Shown here: positions 8,773 through 17,087 of the stretch, piece by piece
Position numbering within the stretch: the first letter of the stretch is position 1
Layout: every line of letters begins with the position of its first letter
IMG/VR virus record: IMGVR_UViG_2639763197_000004
Location: 27,530 to 91,529 of that record
Strand: one strand, 5' to 3'
From: a virus
Lineage: Duplodnaviria; Caudoviricetes
Length of the DNA stretch: 64,000 bases
Program-made: the position numbers and the translations under genes
The notes under the pieces: model-generated
Told to the model about the DNA's origin: nothing
The model's input: only the letters and a program-made list of their open reading frames with translations
The model's database searches: none

Positions 8773-8977
8773 ATGTCAAAGAGCCCGCTAAATCTGGGCT
8801 CTATGACTAATTTCGATTGTTTACCCGCTTGCATTGCTTTGGCACCGTTTTTTCTGGTTTGCAGGACCATCCTTGCCTGCAACGTCCCGGTTTGCCTGGC
8901 TTGTCACGAGTTGTCCTGTTTTATCCAGCTTCTTCCCACCAGATCCTCCCCAGTGCCAAAGCTGCCACTAACCCACA
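8773..8977. repeat. Candidate Mu-like left end with repeated transposase-binding motifs
   Basis: GTGCCAAA 8953-8960, its reverse complement TTTGGCAC 8838-8845, ATGTCAAA 8773-8780; terminal ...ACA at 8977. Confidence 0.6.
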
Positions 8978-10020
8978 GAAGGCTGCGCAACCGCACCGAT
9001 GCGCCTGTAAACGCGCTTGGTGATCTCCTGCTCCGAGTGCCCGAGAAGGAGGCTGGCGTCTGCGATATCTGTAATTTCGGATGCCGCCTTCGGTCGGATA
9101 TCCTTGAACTGAAACTGTTGGATCTTCTCCGCGTCATCAACTCGTCCCTCACTGGCGGCCAAAGAGCGAGCAGCTTCTCGGGCGTCGTCCCACCGGTTAC
9201 GCAGCATTTGTTGAGACACGCGCATCCCCGTTCTGCTGAGGATGAAGTGCTGCGAGTTGTGCTGGCTGTTCCTGGCAATGATGTCCTCAATGAGTAGGCC
9301 GAGGGTGTTCTTCACACCGCCTGCCTGCATTTGAATCCTGAGACGCTTGCCTGTTTTTCCCTGCTGCACGGTTAGGTAATCCCCCTCGATATCCCCCCGC
9401 CTCATTGCGATTACGTCTGCCGGGCGCTGGCCGGTCAGATAGGCCAAGTCCATCGCGTCCCTAAGCTCTTGTGGAGCCTTGCCATACACAGCGGTCCAAA
9501 CCATTTCATTGGCGTAGTAGTCGCGGACCTTCTCTTTATTCTTCCGGACACCGGCGCAAGGGTTTTCCCGATCCGTAAAGCCCCATTCTCGGGCCATGTT
9601 GTAGACGTGGGAGAGCAGGGCGATCTCTCTGTTTGCCCTAGTCTTCGCCGTTCTGGCGTCCCGGTACTGCGCAACCATGGAAGGGGTGATTGCATCGATG
9701 GGCGCCCCCTCGAACCCTTTGCGTAGGTGCTTGAGCTCTGCCTTGTTGTCTTTCTGCGTCCGCGGCGCTTTCTTCGGGATGATGTCCCGCTCGTACCTGT
9801 CAAAAATTCCCTTCATGATCTTCAGGTCTGCCGGCTTTGCCTTGGACTCAAGTTCGGCCCACTTGAGCCTGGCTTTGTCCAAATCTCCACCGAGAGACAA
9901 TTCCTTTCCATTTGCATCTCGGTAGTAATAGCCGACCCACGCTGTACCGTTCTTGCGTGGGCGCTTGCGCCGAACCATCCCGGGGGGCAAGTCCCTATTC
10001 TCTGTCTTGCGGGGGCGCAT
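8968..10020 (-). CDS. int: Tyrosine integrase
   Basis: LTGQRPAD, FKDIRPKAAS, LLGH...ITKRVY catalytic motifs. Confidence 0.95.
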   Translation of the reverse strand: MRPRKTENRDLPPGMVRRKRPRKNGTAWVGYYYRDANGKELSLGGDLDKARLKWAELESKAKPADLKIMKGIFDRYERDIIPKKAPRTQKDNKAELKHLRKGFEGAPIDAITPSMVAQYRDARTAKTRANREIALLSHVYNMAREWGFTDRENPCAGVRKNKEKVRDYYANEMVWTAVYGKAPQELRDAMDLAYLTGQRPADVIAMRRGDIEGDYLTVQQGKTGKRLRIQMQAGGVKNTLGLLIEDIIARNSQHNSQHFILSRTGMRVSQQMLRNRWDDAREAARSLAASEGRVDDAEKIQQFQFKDIRPKAASEITDIADASLLLGHSEQEITKRVYRRIGAVAQPSVG

Positions 10021-10021
10021 A

Positions 10022-10264
10022 TCAGTTCACTCTTGAAAAGTCTGGCGTCCAAGCCGGTCGTGCCGGAGGCGGATTGTTCTCGACTATGCTGGGGCTGACC
10101 ATGCCCAGCTTCATGCGCGCGAACATGCGGCCCACCAGGGGGCGACCACCACGGCTTTCGACGTAGACCCAGTTGCGGTCTTTGAGCCACTTTCGTTGGT
10201 GGGCTCGGTGTTTGTAACCGGTCAGGTCGGCGAGCTCGTCGTCCGACAGGATCTCTGCCTCCAT
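10022..10264 (-). CDS. Excisionase-like DUF4224 protein
   Basis: LSDDELADLTGYK...QRKWL...GRPLVGR; directly upstream of int. Confidence 0.85.
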   Translation of the reverse strand: MEAEILSDDELADLTGYKHRAHQRKWLKDRNWVYVESRGGRPLVGRMFARMKLGMVSPSIVENNPPPARPAWTPDFSRVN

Positions 10265-10266
10265 TA

Positions 10267-10488
10267 CTACCTCCCGCCGCCCGCTGTAGGCCGCGCTGTC
10301 TTGATGATGTGGATGATGAAACCGAAGGTGAGCAGCATCCAGGCGACGGTGCCGGCGAATGCTGCGATCAGGGGTTGTTCGGTACCGGTGGAGAGCAGCT
10401 CCGGCACCTGCCAGAAAAACCAGAAGGTGGACCCCGCCACGTACAACACGATGGCTGTCAAGAGCAGGGTGAGTTTCGTTGCGTACAT
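10267..10488 (-). CDS. Small two-TM membrane protein
   Basis: Two hydrophobic segments in 73 aa. Confidence 0.75.
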   Translation of the reverse strand: MYATKLTLLLTAIVLYVAGSTFWFFWQVPELLSTGTEQPLIAAFAGTVAWMLLTFGFIIHIIKTARPTAGGGR

Positions 10489-10524
10489 GGGGTGTCCTTG
10501 CCGCGCTGGGCGGCAGAAGGTGGG

Positions 10525-11142
10525 TTACTGAGGTTTTGATTTCATCAGGTCGGAAATCTCATCCGCTTCCTTTTCGACCTGCCAGCGCTTCACCTCGGTC
10601 CAGTCGGCCGGGGCCTCCCATAGCAGAGCATCCAGGTCACGGTCGAAACCGGTCTTGGCCGCCTTGATCGCCTTGTACTGCTCCAGTTCATCCGGATCGA
10701 CATCCTTCCAAGGGACGCTGACAAACCAGATGTTGCGCGGAGCCCCGTAGCCCCACAGGGTTGGTGCGTACCATTTTCCTGCATCGGTGAGCATCGGCAG
10801 CCCTGGCTCCAAGTCGACCAGGCGCAGCGCGTGCTCGATGGGTGCCGGGGTTGGCAGCGATTTGATGTTGGCCCAGATTGCTTTGCCCGCTGGCGTGTTC
10901 TTGCGAGGCACCCACAGGCGCGTCTTCTTGTCGTGGCGGTAGATGTCCTGATCGGGCGTAGTTGCGAAGGTGAAGCCAGCAAAGGTGCCGGCGCGGTCGT
11001 AATTTTTCGAACCGGTGGCGCCGTGCTTCACAGCCAGCTCATCGTAGAGCTTGCCGGCGGCAATACGCAGCTCGAACAGGCGATCGATCTCGTCAACCAT
11101 CGGGCCTTGGGTGATTCGGAAGTAGCGCTGATATACGCTCAT
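10525..11142 (-). CDS. Hypothetical phage protein
   Basis: Likely start MSVYQRY with SD GGAG. Confidence 0.75.
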   Translation of the reverse strand: MSVYQRYFRITQGPMVDEIDRLFELRIAAGKLYDELAVKHGATGSKNYDRAGTFAGFTFATTPDQDIYRHDKKTRLWVPRKNTPAGKAIWANIKSLPTPAPIEHALRLVDLEPGLPMLTDAGKWYAPTLWGYGAPRNIWFVSVPWKDVDPDELEQYKAIKAAKTGFDRDLDALLWEAPADWTEVKRWQVEKEADEISDLMKSKPQ

Positions 11143-11191
11143 GGCATAGCTCCGCCCGCCGCTCACCGGCAGGCATGTAGGGGGATTGGGG

Positions 11192-12256
11192 TTAGGCTGC
11201 TGGGTGTTGCGCTGTATCGCGGAAAACATCCATCTGCGCCGCGCCGTCGAGCCATGCCGCTGCGATCCGGTGTTCAGCCATTGCGGCGTATTCCGGGTTT
11301 AGTTCGCACAGGATCGATTTGCGACCTTCCTGCATGGCGACCACCGCCGTAGTGCCGGCACCGCCGAAAGGGTCAAGCACGACGCCGCCGAGTGGCGCGC
11401 CGGCCAGAATGCAGGGTCGGATCAGGTCCGGAGGGAAGGTCGCGAAGTGCGCACCCTTGAAACCTTGCGTCGGCACTGTCCACACACTGCGCTTGTTACG
11501 AGTATCCAATGAATAGGCGCTTTCCTCTCGATCTGGCCGGTGTGTTCCCAGTGATTGCCCAGGGATAGCTTGCTCTCGCTTTGAATCATCGCGCTTGAAA
11601 CTATCGCGCTTGCTACGAACGGCTTTCATTGGCCCGTTTGACTTTCCGGGCACTCGGTCGCTGCCCTGCTGTTGCTCGATATCCTGCGCCAGTCGCTTGA
11701 TCGAGCTGTGCGCTACAGGCTCCTTGATCGCATCCTGGTCATAGTAATAGCGCGGTGACTTGCTCAACAGGAACAGGTATTCATGCGACTTTGTGCACCG
11801 GTCTCTGGTGGATTCAGGCATGGGGTTCGGCTTGTGCCAAATGATGTCCTGGCGCAGGTACCAACCATCATCTTGAAGGGCGAAGGCGAGGCGCCAGGGG
11901 ATGCCCATGAGGTCTTTCGGCTTGATGCCAGTCGGATCTCGAGGGCGGACGCTCATTGTGCGAGCCTCCAGCTTTTCATCTACGCCGCGAGTGGTCCTGC
12001 CCCCGTTGGCGTAGCTATCGCCCATGTTCACCCAGATTGTTCCGTCATTGCGCAGCACCCGACGTACCTCGCGAAACACTTCAACGAGGCGCCCGACGAA
12101 TTCAGCAGGTGTCTCCTCCAAGCCGATCTGGTCGGCCATACCGTAGTCACGCAGCCCGTAGTAGGGCGGAGACGTGACGCAGGTGTTCACCGACTGGTCC
12201 TTCAGCGTCCGCATCGACTCAATGCAGTCGCCGATCAAAACGCGATGTTGTTTCAT
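11192..12256 (-). CDS. DNA amino-methyltransferase (N4-C/N6-A, beta class)
   Basis: TSPPY motif IV near N-terminus; HFATFP; VLDPFGGAGTT SAM-binding motif. Confidence 0.93.
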   Translation of the reverse strand: MKQHRVLIGDCIESMRTLKDQSVNTCVTSPPYYGLRDYGMADQIGLEETPAEFVGRLVEVFREVRRVLRNDGTIWVNMGDSYANGGRTTRGVDEKLEARTMSVRPRDPTGIKPKDLMGIPWRLAFALQDDGWYLRQDIIWHKPNPMPESTRDRCTKSHEYLFLLSKSPRYYYDQDAIKEPVAHSSIKRLAQDIEQQQGSDRVPGKSNGPMKAVRSKRDSFKRDDSKREQAIPGQSLGTHRPDREESAYSLDTRNKRSVWTVPTQGFKGAHFATFPPDLIRPCILAGAPLGGVVLDPFGGAGTTAVVAMQEGRKSILCELNPEYAAMAEHRIAAAWLDGAAQMDVFRDTAQHPAA

Positions 12257-12365
12257 GGGCGAGTTAGTCCTTGCCGCTATAGCGGCTGACTTTGAAGGGG
12301 GAGGGGTTACATCAAATCAGTTGTGCCAGTGCCAGCAGGCACCAGCAGTAGGCGGGGAGTTGGAT

Positions 12366-12680
12366 TCAGTACGGCACGCATTCTTTGCAGTTCGCCGTCC
12401 AACCCCTGGAGCCGCAGCCATTGCAGACGTGTTCATCCTTGGCTGGCTCTGCTGGCTTGAGCGTATCCAGGATGTCGCGCAGGTAGCCGGTTGCGATTGA
12501 TGGCTGCCTTCCTGCGCATTCAATCAACCGAGTGACAAACGTTATCGCTGAATCCGCTCGCTCATCCTCTGCGGTCAGCAGGGCTTGCAGGGCGTCACGC
12601 TCGGCGGTTACCCGGGTCAGTGCTTCGGCGTAAATGCGTCCTGCGTCTGGATGCCCAGTGCTAATCGTTATCTCACTCAT
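12366..12680 (-). CDS. Hypothetical protein with C-terminal CxxC..CxxC
   Basis: 104 aa ORF; SD GGAGG. Confidence 0.7.
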   Translation of the reverse strand: MSEITISTGHPDAGRIYAEALTRVTAERDALQALLTAEDERADSAITFVTRLIECAGRQPSIATGYLRDILDTLKPAEPAKDEHVCNGCGSRGWTANCKECVPY

Positions 12681-12704
12681 GACCCACCTCCAAATAATCA
12701 GAAA

Positions 12705-12830
12705 TCACAACCGACGGCCTCTGTAGGCAACCGGCATAAACACAAAATTGCCTCGTTTGTCTTTGATGACGGTCACCTTGTCACTGGTCAGACGCTTCAT
12801 CAGATCTTCGAAACTGTATTGGCGGACCAT
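12705..12830 (-). CDS. Small hypothetical protein (41 aa)
   Basis: Manual translation MVRQYSFEDLMKRLTSDKVTVIKDKRGNFVFMPVAYRGRRL. Confidence 0.5.
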   Translation of the reverse strand: MVRQYSFEDLMKRLTSDKVTVIKDKRGNFVFMPVAYRGRRL

Positions 12831-12875
12831 AGGAGTAGCCTTGCCGGGCCATGCCCTGGCGGTGGAGTTGGTGGG

Positions 12876-14036
12876 TTACTTCTTCAGGAATGTCTTGGTC
12901 AGCGCCGCATTGACGCTGTTGCCGCGCTTCAACACGACGCGAGCCAGTGCTGCCCTGTCTTTCTCGCTGTGGCTGGCCTGGCTGAGCAGGCCGAAGTAGC
13001 TGTTTGCGGTCTCGCGCAGATCCTCGGCGGGCGCCGCGGCTGTTCGCTTCAGCGCCTGGGCCAGGGATCGTTTGCGGGTGGTTCGCCGCCAGGGCTTGAT
13101 GACGTGACCAACGAAGTCGACGCCCCGATCCACGGGTTGCAGAATCGTCTTAGTGGGGTTCAGCTTAGCGCCGAGCCTTGGCAGGAACGCTTCGACCTCG
13201 GCCAACCACTGGTTGAGTTGCTGCGGGGACTCATGCAGAAACACGAAGTCATCGACGTACCGGATGTAGTGCTTGGCGCGCAGCGTGTGCTTGGCGAACT
13301 GGTCCAGGGCGTCGAGGTAGACGTTCGCGAAGAACTGCGACGACAGGTTGCCGATCGGCAGGCCGAGGTGAGCGGGCTGCGCAACCAGGCGCTTGTGCTG
13401 CGGCACCCGGTTGAACAGGTGCGCCGGGCTGCGGATCTCGTAATCCTCACGCGGGTCGTGCATGAGGATCTGCGTGGCTAGGGCCAGCCACCAGGGTTCG
13501 GTGATCTTGGCCTCCAGTTGCTTGCGCAGCACGGCCTTGTCGATGGCGACGAAGAAGTTTGCCAGGTCGCACTTCAGGTAGAAGATCGGTTTCGACCAGT
13601 TCTGCGAGGCGCTGCGGATCTTCGACTCAAGCCGTGTGGCGGCGTACAGCGTGCCGCGCCCTGGAATGCATGCGCAACTGTCCGCTATGAATCTGGCGTA
13701 GAAGCGCGGTGCCACATGGTTGTACATGAGGTGGTGGACGACGCGGTCCCGAAAGGCTGCTGCCCAGACTTCCCGGGCTTTCGGTCGGGTGACCACGAAA
13801 CAGATAGATCGGCCTGGCCGGTATGTGCCGGCAATCAGGTCGTCGTGCAGTTGGATCAGGTTCCGCTCCAGGTCGATCTCGAAAGCCAGCGCGCTGTCGC
13901 TGTTGCGCTTGGTGCGCCGGCAGTCGTAATAGGCCTGCACCAGATCCTGAAACGGGTAGGGGCCCAAAGTCGAATCTGCGGACGGGGCGGACACGGAGCT
14001 CGTTGTTCTTGTCGTTGTTGTTCTGATTGCCATCAT
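12876..14036 (-). CDS. DGR reverse transcriptase
   Basis: FRDRVVHH, CDLANFF, GLPIGNLSSQFFANVYL (DGR-type SQ), YIRYVDDF, GVDFVG. Start uncertain: ATG inside TR or a TTG just after it. Confidence 0.95.
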   Translation of the reverse strand: MMAIRTTTTRTTSSVSAPSADSTLGPYPFQDLVQAYYDCRRTKRNSDSALAFEIDLERNLIQLHDDLIAGTYRPGRSICFVVTRPKAREVWAAAFRDRVVHHLMYNHVAPRFYARFIADSCACIPGRGTLYAATRLESKIRSASQNWSKPIFYLKCDLANFFVAIDKAVLRKQLEAKITEPWWLALATQILMHDPREDYEIRSPAHLFNRVPQHKRLVAQPAHLGLPIGNLSSQFFANVYLDALDQFAKHTLRAKHYIRYVDDFVFLHESPQQLNQWLAEVEAFLPRLGAKLNPTKTILQPVDRGVDFVGHVIKPWRRTTRKRSLAQALKRTAAAPAEDLRETANSYFGLLSQASHSEKDRAALARVVLKRGNSVNAALTKTFLKK

Positions 14037-14076
14037 CGAAGTTCATGTTGAATGCGTTGTTGGCTGAGCGCTGCGA
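13972..14076 (-). repeat. DGR template repeat (TR)
   Basis: 105 nt, 33 adenines, 9 AAC + 1 AAT codons; differs from both VRs only at adenines. Confidence 0.96.
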
Positions 14077-14247
14077 CCTATCGTGCTATCTACGTCGCCA
14101 GGCCGAAGGCAAAGCCGATCAGCAAGGAAACTGCGCAAGACCTGCCCGGTCGCTTTAGACCGGCGGTATCTCTTGTGCGCATGGCGGTGACCCAAGGGTC
14201 AGCGGCACGACCAGATTCAATTCGCACAGACCAGAAAGCCGTAACCT

Positions 14248-14604
14248 TCAGGTAGCGGGCGCGGTTGGGGTGGAGCGTTTCCAGGCGTTTGCTTGCTTGC
14301 CTATTGAGGCCGTTACCTCAATTGCCTGGGCGTGTTGCGGAATGCTGATGAAGCGGTTGTCTTTGAAGAGTCGCATCAGGAACTCGACCACTTGCACCTT
14401 CTCGACCAGCAAGGTGAGGTGTGGCCGCTTGTCCTGGGTTGCGTTGGCCCGGGCAATTAGCATCAGCACTTCGATGCATTCGTCGATCACTCGCTTGCCG
14501 AGTGACTGCTTCAGGTCGCGGGGGATGTTCCGGGTCATCGTTGTGGCCATATGCAGCAGGCCCATCGAAGCCTTGTAGATCGCAAGTTCCGTATGCATTG
14601 CCAT
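14248..14604 (-). CDS. avd: DGR accessory variability determinant (Avd, four-helix bundle)
   Basis: 118 aa basic helical protein (ELAIYK...IPRDLKQSLG...IGKQANAWK) between the targets and TR/RT. Confidence 0.88.
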   Translation of the reverse strand: MAMHTELAIYKASMGLLHMATTMTRNIPRDLKQSLGKRVIDECIEVLMLIARANATQDKRPHLTLLVEKVQVVEFLMRLFKDNRFISIPQHAQAIEVTASIGKQANAWKRSTPTAPAT

Positions 14605-14626
14605 GTGGCTCGCTCTCCAAGAGCAA

Positions 14627-14644
14627 CCGGCCGCAAGCGGCCGG
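14627..14644. promoter_or_regulatory. GC hairpin/cruciform downstream of VR1 (DGR target-recognition element)
   Basis: CCGGCCG-CAAG-CGGCCGG, 14 nt after the target stop codon. Confidence 0.7.
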
Positions 14645-14658
14645 ATTAAATAAGCGAA

Positions 14659-15279
14659 TTAATCAATAAGCTCGCTGCGGACGGGGCGGACACGGAGCTC
14701 GTCGTACTTGCCGAGGCTGAGCTGAGTGCCACCACCGAAGGTCATGTAGAAAGCGTAGTAGGCTGAGCGCTGCGAACTCGACCAGTACCAGGTGTCGCGG
14801 AACGCTTCAGCACCGCCTTCCTGGAACACGGCGTGGAGGGTCTGCGCCGGGTCTTCTTCGCTGTACAGCAGGCCTACAGGCTCGCTGTTTGGGTTGTCGC
14901 CATTGCGCGAGCTCGCCCAGTTCTCTTCGGTGGTCGGCTTGAAGTGGCGGTACTGCAGCTCCTGCACATCGCGCGCCGGGATCGCCCAGTCGTTGTAACC
15001 GCCAATGCTCAGGGCCAGCACCTTCGCTGCAATCTCGCTGCCCGCCGCCGCCATGGCCTGGGTGTTGGCCAAGCTGTCGGTGAAGCTGTCGGCACCTTCG
15101 ATCTTGACGCCGTACTCGCCCCACTTGCCGACCAGTTCATGCGCCGCCCCGGAGCTGATGTGCAGGGAGCGCTTGCCGGTGGATGGGTCGCGGGTAATGC
15201 CGGTGACGAAGCCGCCGCCGTAGGCCTGGCCGATTGCCGGGATGGTTGCTGCTGGCGCTGCTTTCTCAACTGCGGACAT
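14659..15279 (-). CDS. DGR target protein 1 (DUF1566/Lcl-like C-type-lectin fold)
   Basis: DWAIPA...YWSSSQRS...RVRPVR motif; C-terminal VR1; likely start MSAVEK. Confidence 0.9.
   Translation of the reverse strand: MSAVEKAAPAATIPAIGQAYGGGFVTGITRDPSTGKRSLHISSGAAHELVGKWGEYGVKIEGADSFTDSLANTQAMAAAGSEIAAKVLALSIGGYNDWAIPARDVQELQYRHFKPTTEENWASSRNGDNPNSEPVGLLYSEEDPAQTLHAVFQEGGAEAFRDTWYWSSSQRSAYYAFYMTFGGGTQLSLGKYDELRVRPVRSELID
14674..14775 (-). repeat. DGR variable repeat VR1
   Basis: 102 nt aligned to TR; 17 mismatches, all at TR adenines. Confidence 0.95.
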
Positions 15280-15358
15280 GGTGCTTCCTCTTTTCGAAGG
15301 CAACAAAAAAGGCGCTGTGCGCCCTGGTGTGCCGGATCAAGAACGAATGGATGAAGGA

Positions 15359-15970
15359 TTAAATAAAGAATCTGCGGACGGGGCGGACACGGAGCTCGTC
15401 GAGCTTGACGTCGTAGCCCTGATGGCCATCAACGAAGTCCACGTAGAATGCGAAGTTGGCTGAGCGCTGCGAGGATGACCAGTAGTAGCAGTCTTGGGCG
15501 AATACCTCGGGGCAGTTCAGCCACCCCTGGTACAGCTCGGCAGCGGCCGGCAGGTAGAAGTCATGATGACCATCGGCCTGGTACTCGGCGCACGCATCGG
15601 CGGCGGGATACTTGCGCTCGTCGTCGTTACCAATCAGCACCTGGGTGTTGGTGTAGCCGTCGGTTTTGCTGAGCCCCTTTACCTCAACTCCACGGCCACC
15701 CCATTCAAGGCTGCCCACATCTTTTTCGGCGAAGATCAGGTAATGCGCTGGGACGTCACCGCGAGCTTGAACGAATCCGCCATTGATACCGCCCTGGCCT
15801 GGCCAAGTCTGGCCGATCTCAGGAGCGGCTGACGCCACTGCCGGCTGAACATTCGCGGCCGGTGGCAGAGCATGCACAAACAAGCTAGCCGCGAGCAGCT
15901 GAATCATACGTTCGGCAGTGCCTTTGATTTTGAGGCCGTCAGCCTCGATAGAAATTGTCTTGGCTTTCAT
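15359..15970 (-). CDS. DGR target protein 2 (DUF1566/Lcl-like C-type-lectin fold)
   Basis: DFYLPAAAEL...YYWSSSQRS...RVRPVRRF; C-terminal VR2. Confidence 0.9.
   Translation of the reverse strand: MKAKTISIEADGLKIKGTAERMIQLLAASLFVHALPPAANVQPAVASAAPEIGQTWPGQGGINGGFVQARGDVPAHYLIFAEKDVGSLEWGGRGVEVKGLSKTDGYTNTQVLIGNDDERKYPAADACAEYQADGHHDFYLPAAAELYQGWLNCPEVFAQDCYYWSSSQRSANFAFYVDFVDGHQGYDVKLDELRVRPVRRFFI
15368..15472 (-). repeat. DGR variable repeat VR2
   Basis: 105 nt aligned to TR; 15 mismatches, all at TR adenines. Confidence 0.95.
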
Positions 15971-16028
15971 CGGTGTTCCTCGGGTAAGCGCCGCCCTCCG
16001 CGTTACCGGATGCAGCGAGTAGGGTGGG

Positions 16029-16340
16029 TTATTCGTCGTGGTAGATGCGAAGGGCTTCGCGGTTGTAGGCGAGCTGCAGTTTTGCCGACACGTTTTCGGG
16101 TATCACGTATTCGTGTCGCGGCGGTGCGAGAAACTGAGCTGATCCCGCTTGGCCCAGGCCGTGCAGGTGGTGAATCATCAGCGTCATGGCCTCGCCCTGT
16201 TCCTTGATGCTGTGCCAGGCCATCAGGTCAGCCAAGGCCTGGCGGGTTCCGGACATGGTGTGGAGTCGCAATTCTTCCTCGCCGCGAGTCTTTCGCCTCG
16301 CCGCAGTCTTTGCCGATCGGTCTTTCTGCGCGGCAGCCAT
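16029..16340 (-). CDS. Hypothetical phage protein
   Basis: 103 aa ORF with SD GAGG. Confidence 0.7.
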   Translation of the reverse strand: MAAAQKDRSAKTAARRKTRGEEELRLHTMSGTRQALADLMAWHSIKEQGEAMTLMIHHLHGLGQAGSAQFLAPPRHEYVIPENVSAKLQLAYNREALRIYHDE

Positions 16341-16424
16341 GGCCTACCTCTTCTATTCCGCTGGCCGGCAGTGCGAGCCAGGTTTGACGTTTGCGTTGCT
16401 GGATGCGGGTTATGGGGCGCATGG

Positions 16425-17087
16425 TCAGGCTCCCAGGCGGTGGGCTTGCGCCCGTGCCTTGTCTGCGACCTCGTCGACCATGCGATTGAGTTCCAGGTTG
16501 AACTGGACCAGCTCCTTGTGCAGGTTTGCGATGTAGTCCTCGTCGCGGTAAATCGTCTCGATATAGAGCTGACACTCCTCATCCTGACGGGAATCGAACG
16601 AAATGAAGTCCCACCACTTGCGACCTGTAACGAACATGCATCCCTGAATCTGCGGGATGTGTTCTTCGGGCATGCCTTCGAGCCAGGTCCTGATGTGAAT
16701 TGCTTCGTTGAAAGGGCACTTTGATTCAGTACCGCCGTCATCGTTGATCAGGCCGTCGGGAGAGCAGCCAAGCCAGTCGTACTTGGGGTGGACGATGAAC
16801 TCGGAGGGGAGGACGATGTTGCCGGTCAGCATCTCGTAGGCGTCCTGGGCCTTTTGCTCTTCAGCGTGCCCCCATTTCAGGGAGGCGCTGCTGACGTTGT
16901 GTTTGGACTTCTTTGCCAGCCGCTCGAAGCACAGTTCGCGCATATAGGAGGTGCGCGCGCCCATCGGCTCGCGCTTCCCATGTTTGTCAGGCTTTCCCCA
17001 GGCCAACGCGTCTTTAAAGCGGCTGGCTGTCACGCGACCAGATCGGTCTGCATGCCACTTGTCCGTGCCCTGAAGCTCAGTTCTCAC
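16425..17087 (-). CDS. YqaJ/lambda-exonuclease family protein
   Basis: QGTDKWHADRSGRVTAS, GCSPDG, ESKCP, QIQG motifs. Confidence 0.92.
   Translation of the reverse strand: MRTELQGTDKWHADRSGRVTASRFKDALAWGKPDKHGKREPMGARTSYMRELCFERLAKKSKHNVSSASLKWGHAEEQKAQDAYEMLTGNIVLPSEFIVHPKYDWLGCSPDGLINDDGGTESKCPFNEAIHIRTWLEGMPEEHIPQIQGCMFVTGRKWWDFISFDSRQDEECQLYIETIYRDEDYIANLHKELVQFNLELNRMVDEVADKARAQAHRLGA

Larger units (their letters stand above)
1..8977 (-). mobile_element. Mu-like transposable prophage, left/early end (continues beyond window start)
   Basis: Order c repressor / ner / transposase A / B / semi-essential genes / gemA; candidate terminus TGTGGGTTAG on the minus strand starting at 8977. Confidence 0.9.

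Noticed and set aside
12795-12815. CTGATGA near GAAA on the minus strand as a third hammerhead
   Set aside because: No stems I/III or correctly ordered core; lies within a small ORF
12876-14036. RT as group II intron, retron or Abi RT
   Set aside because: SQ motif, adjacent Avd and A-specific TR/VR pairs identify a DGR; no maturase domain
13627-14046. 139-aa ORF beginning MNFDDGNQNNNDKNNELRVRPVRR as a third target
   Set aside because: It is the TR read in the VR frame running into the RT gene out of frame
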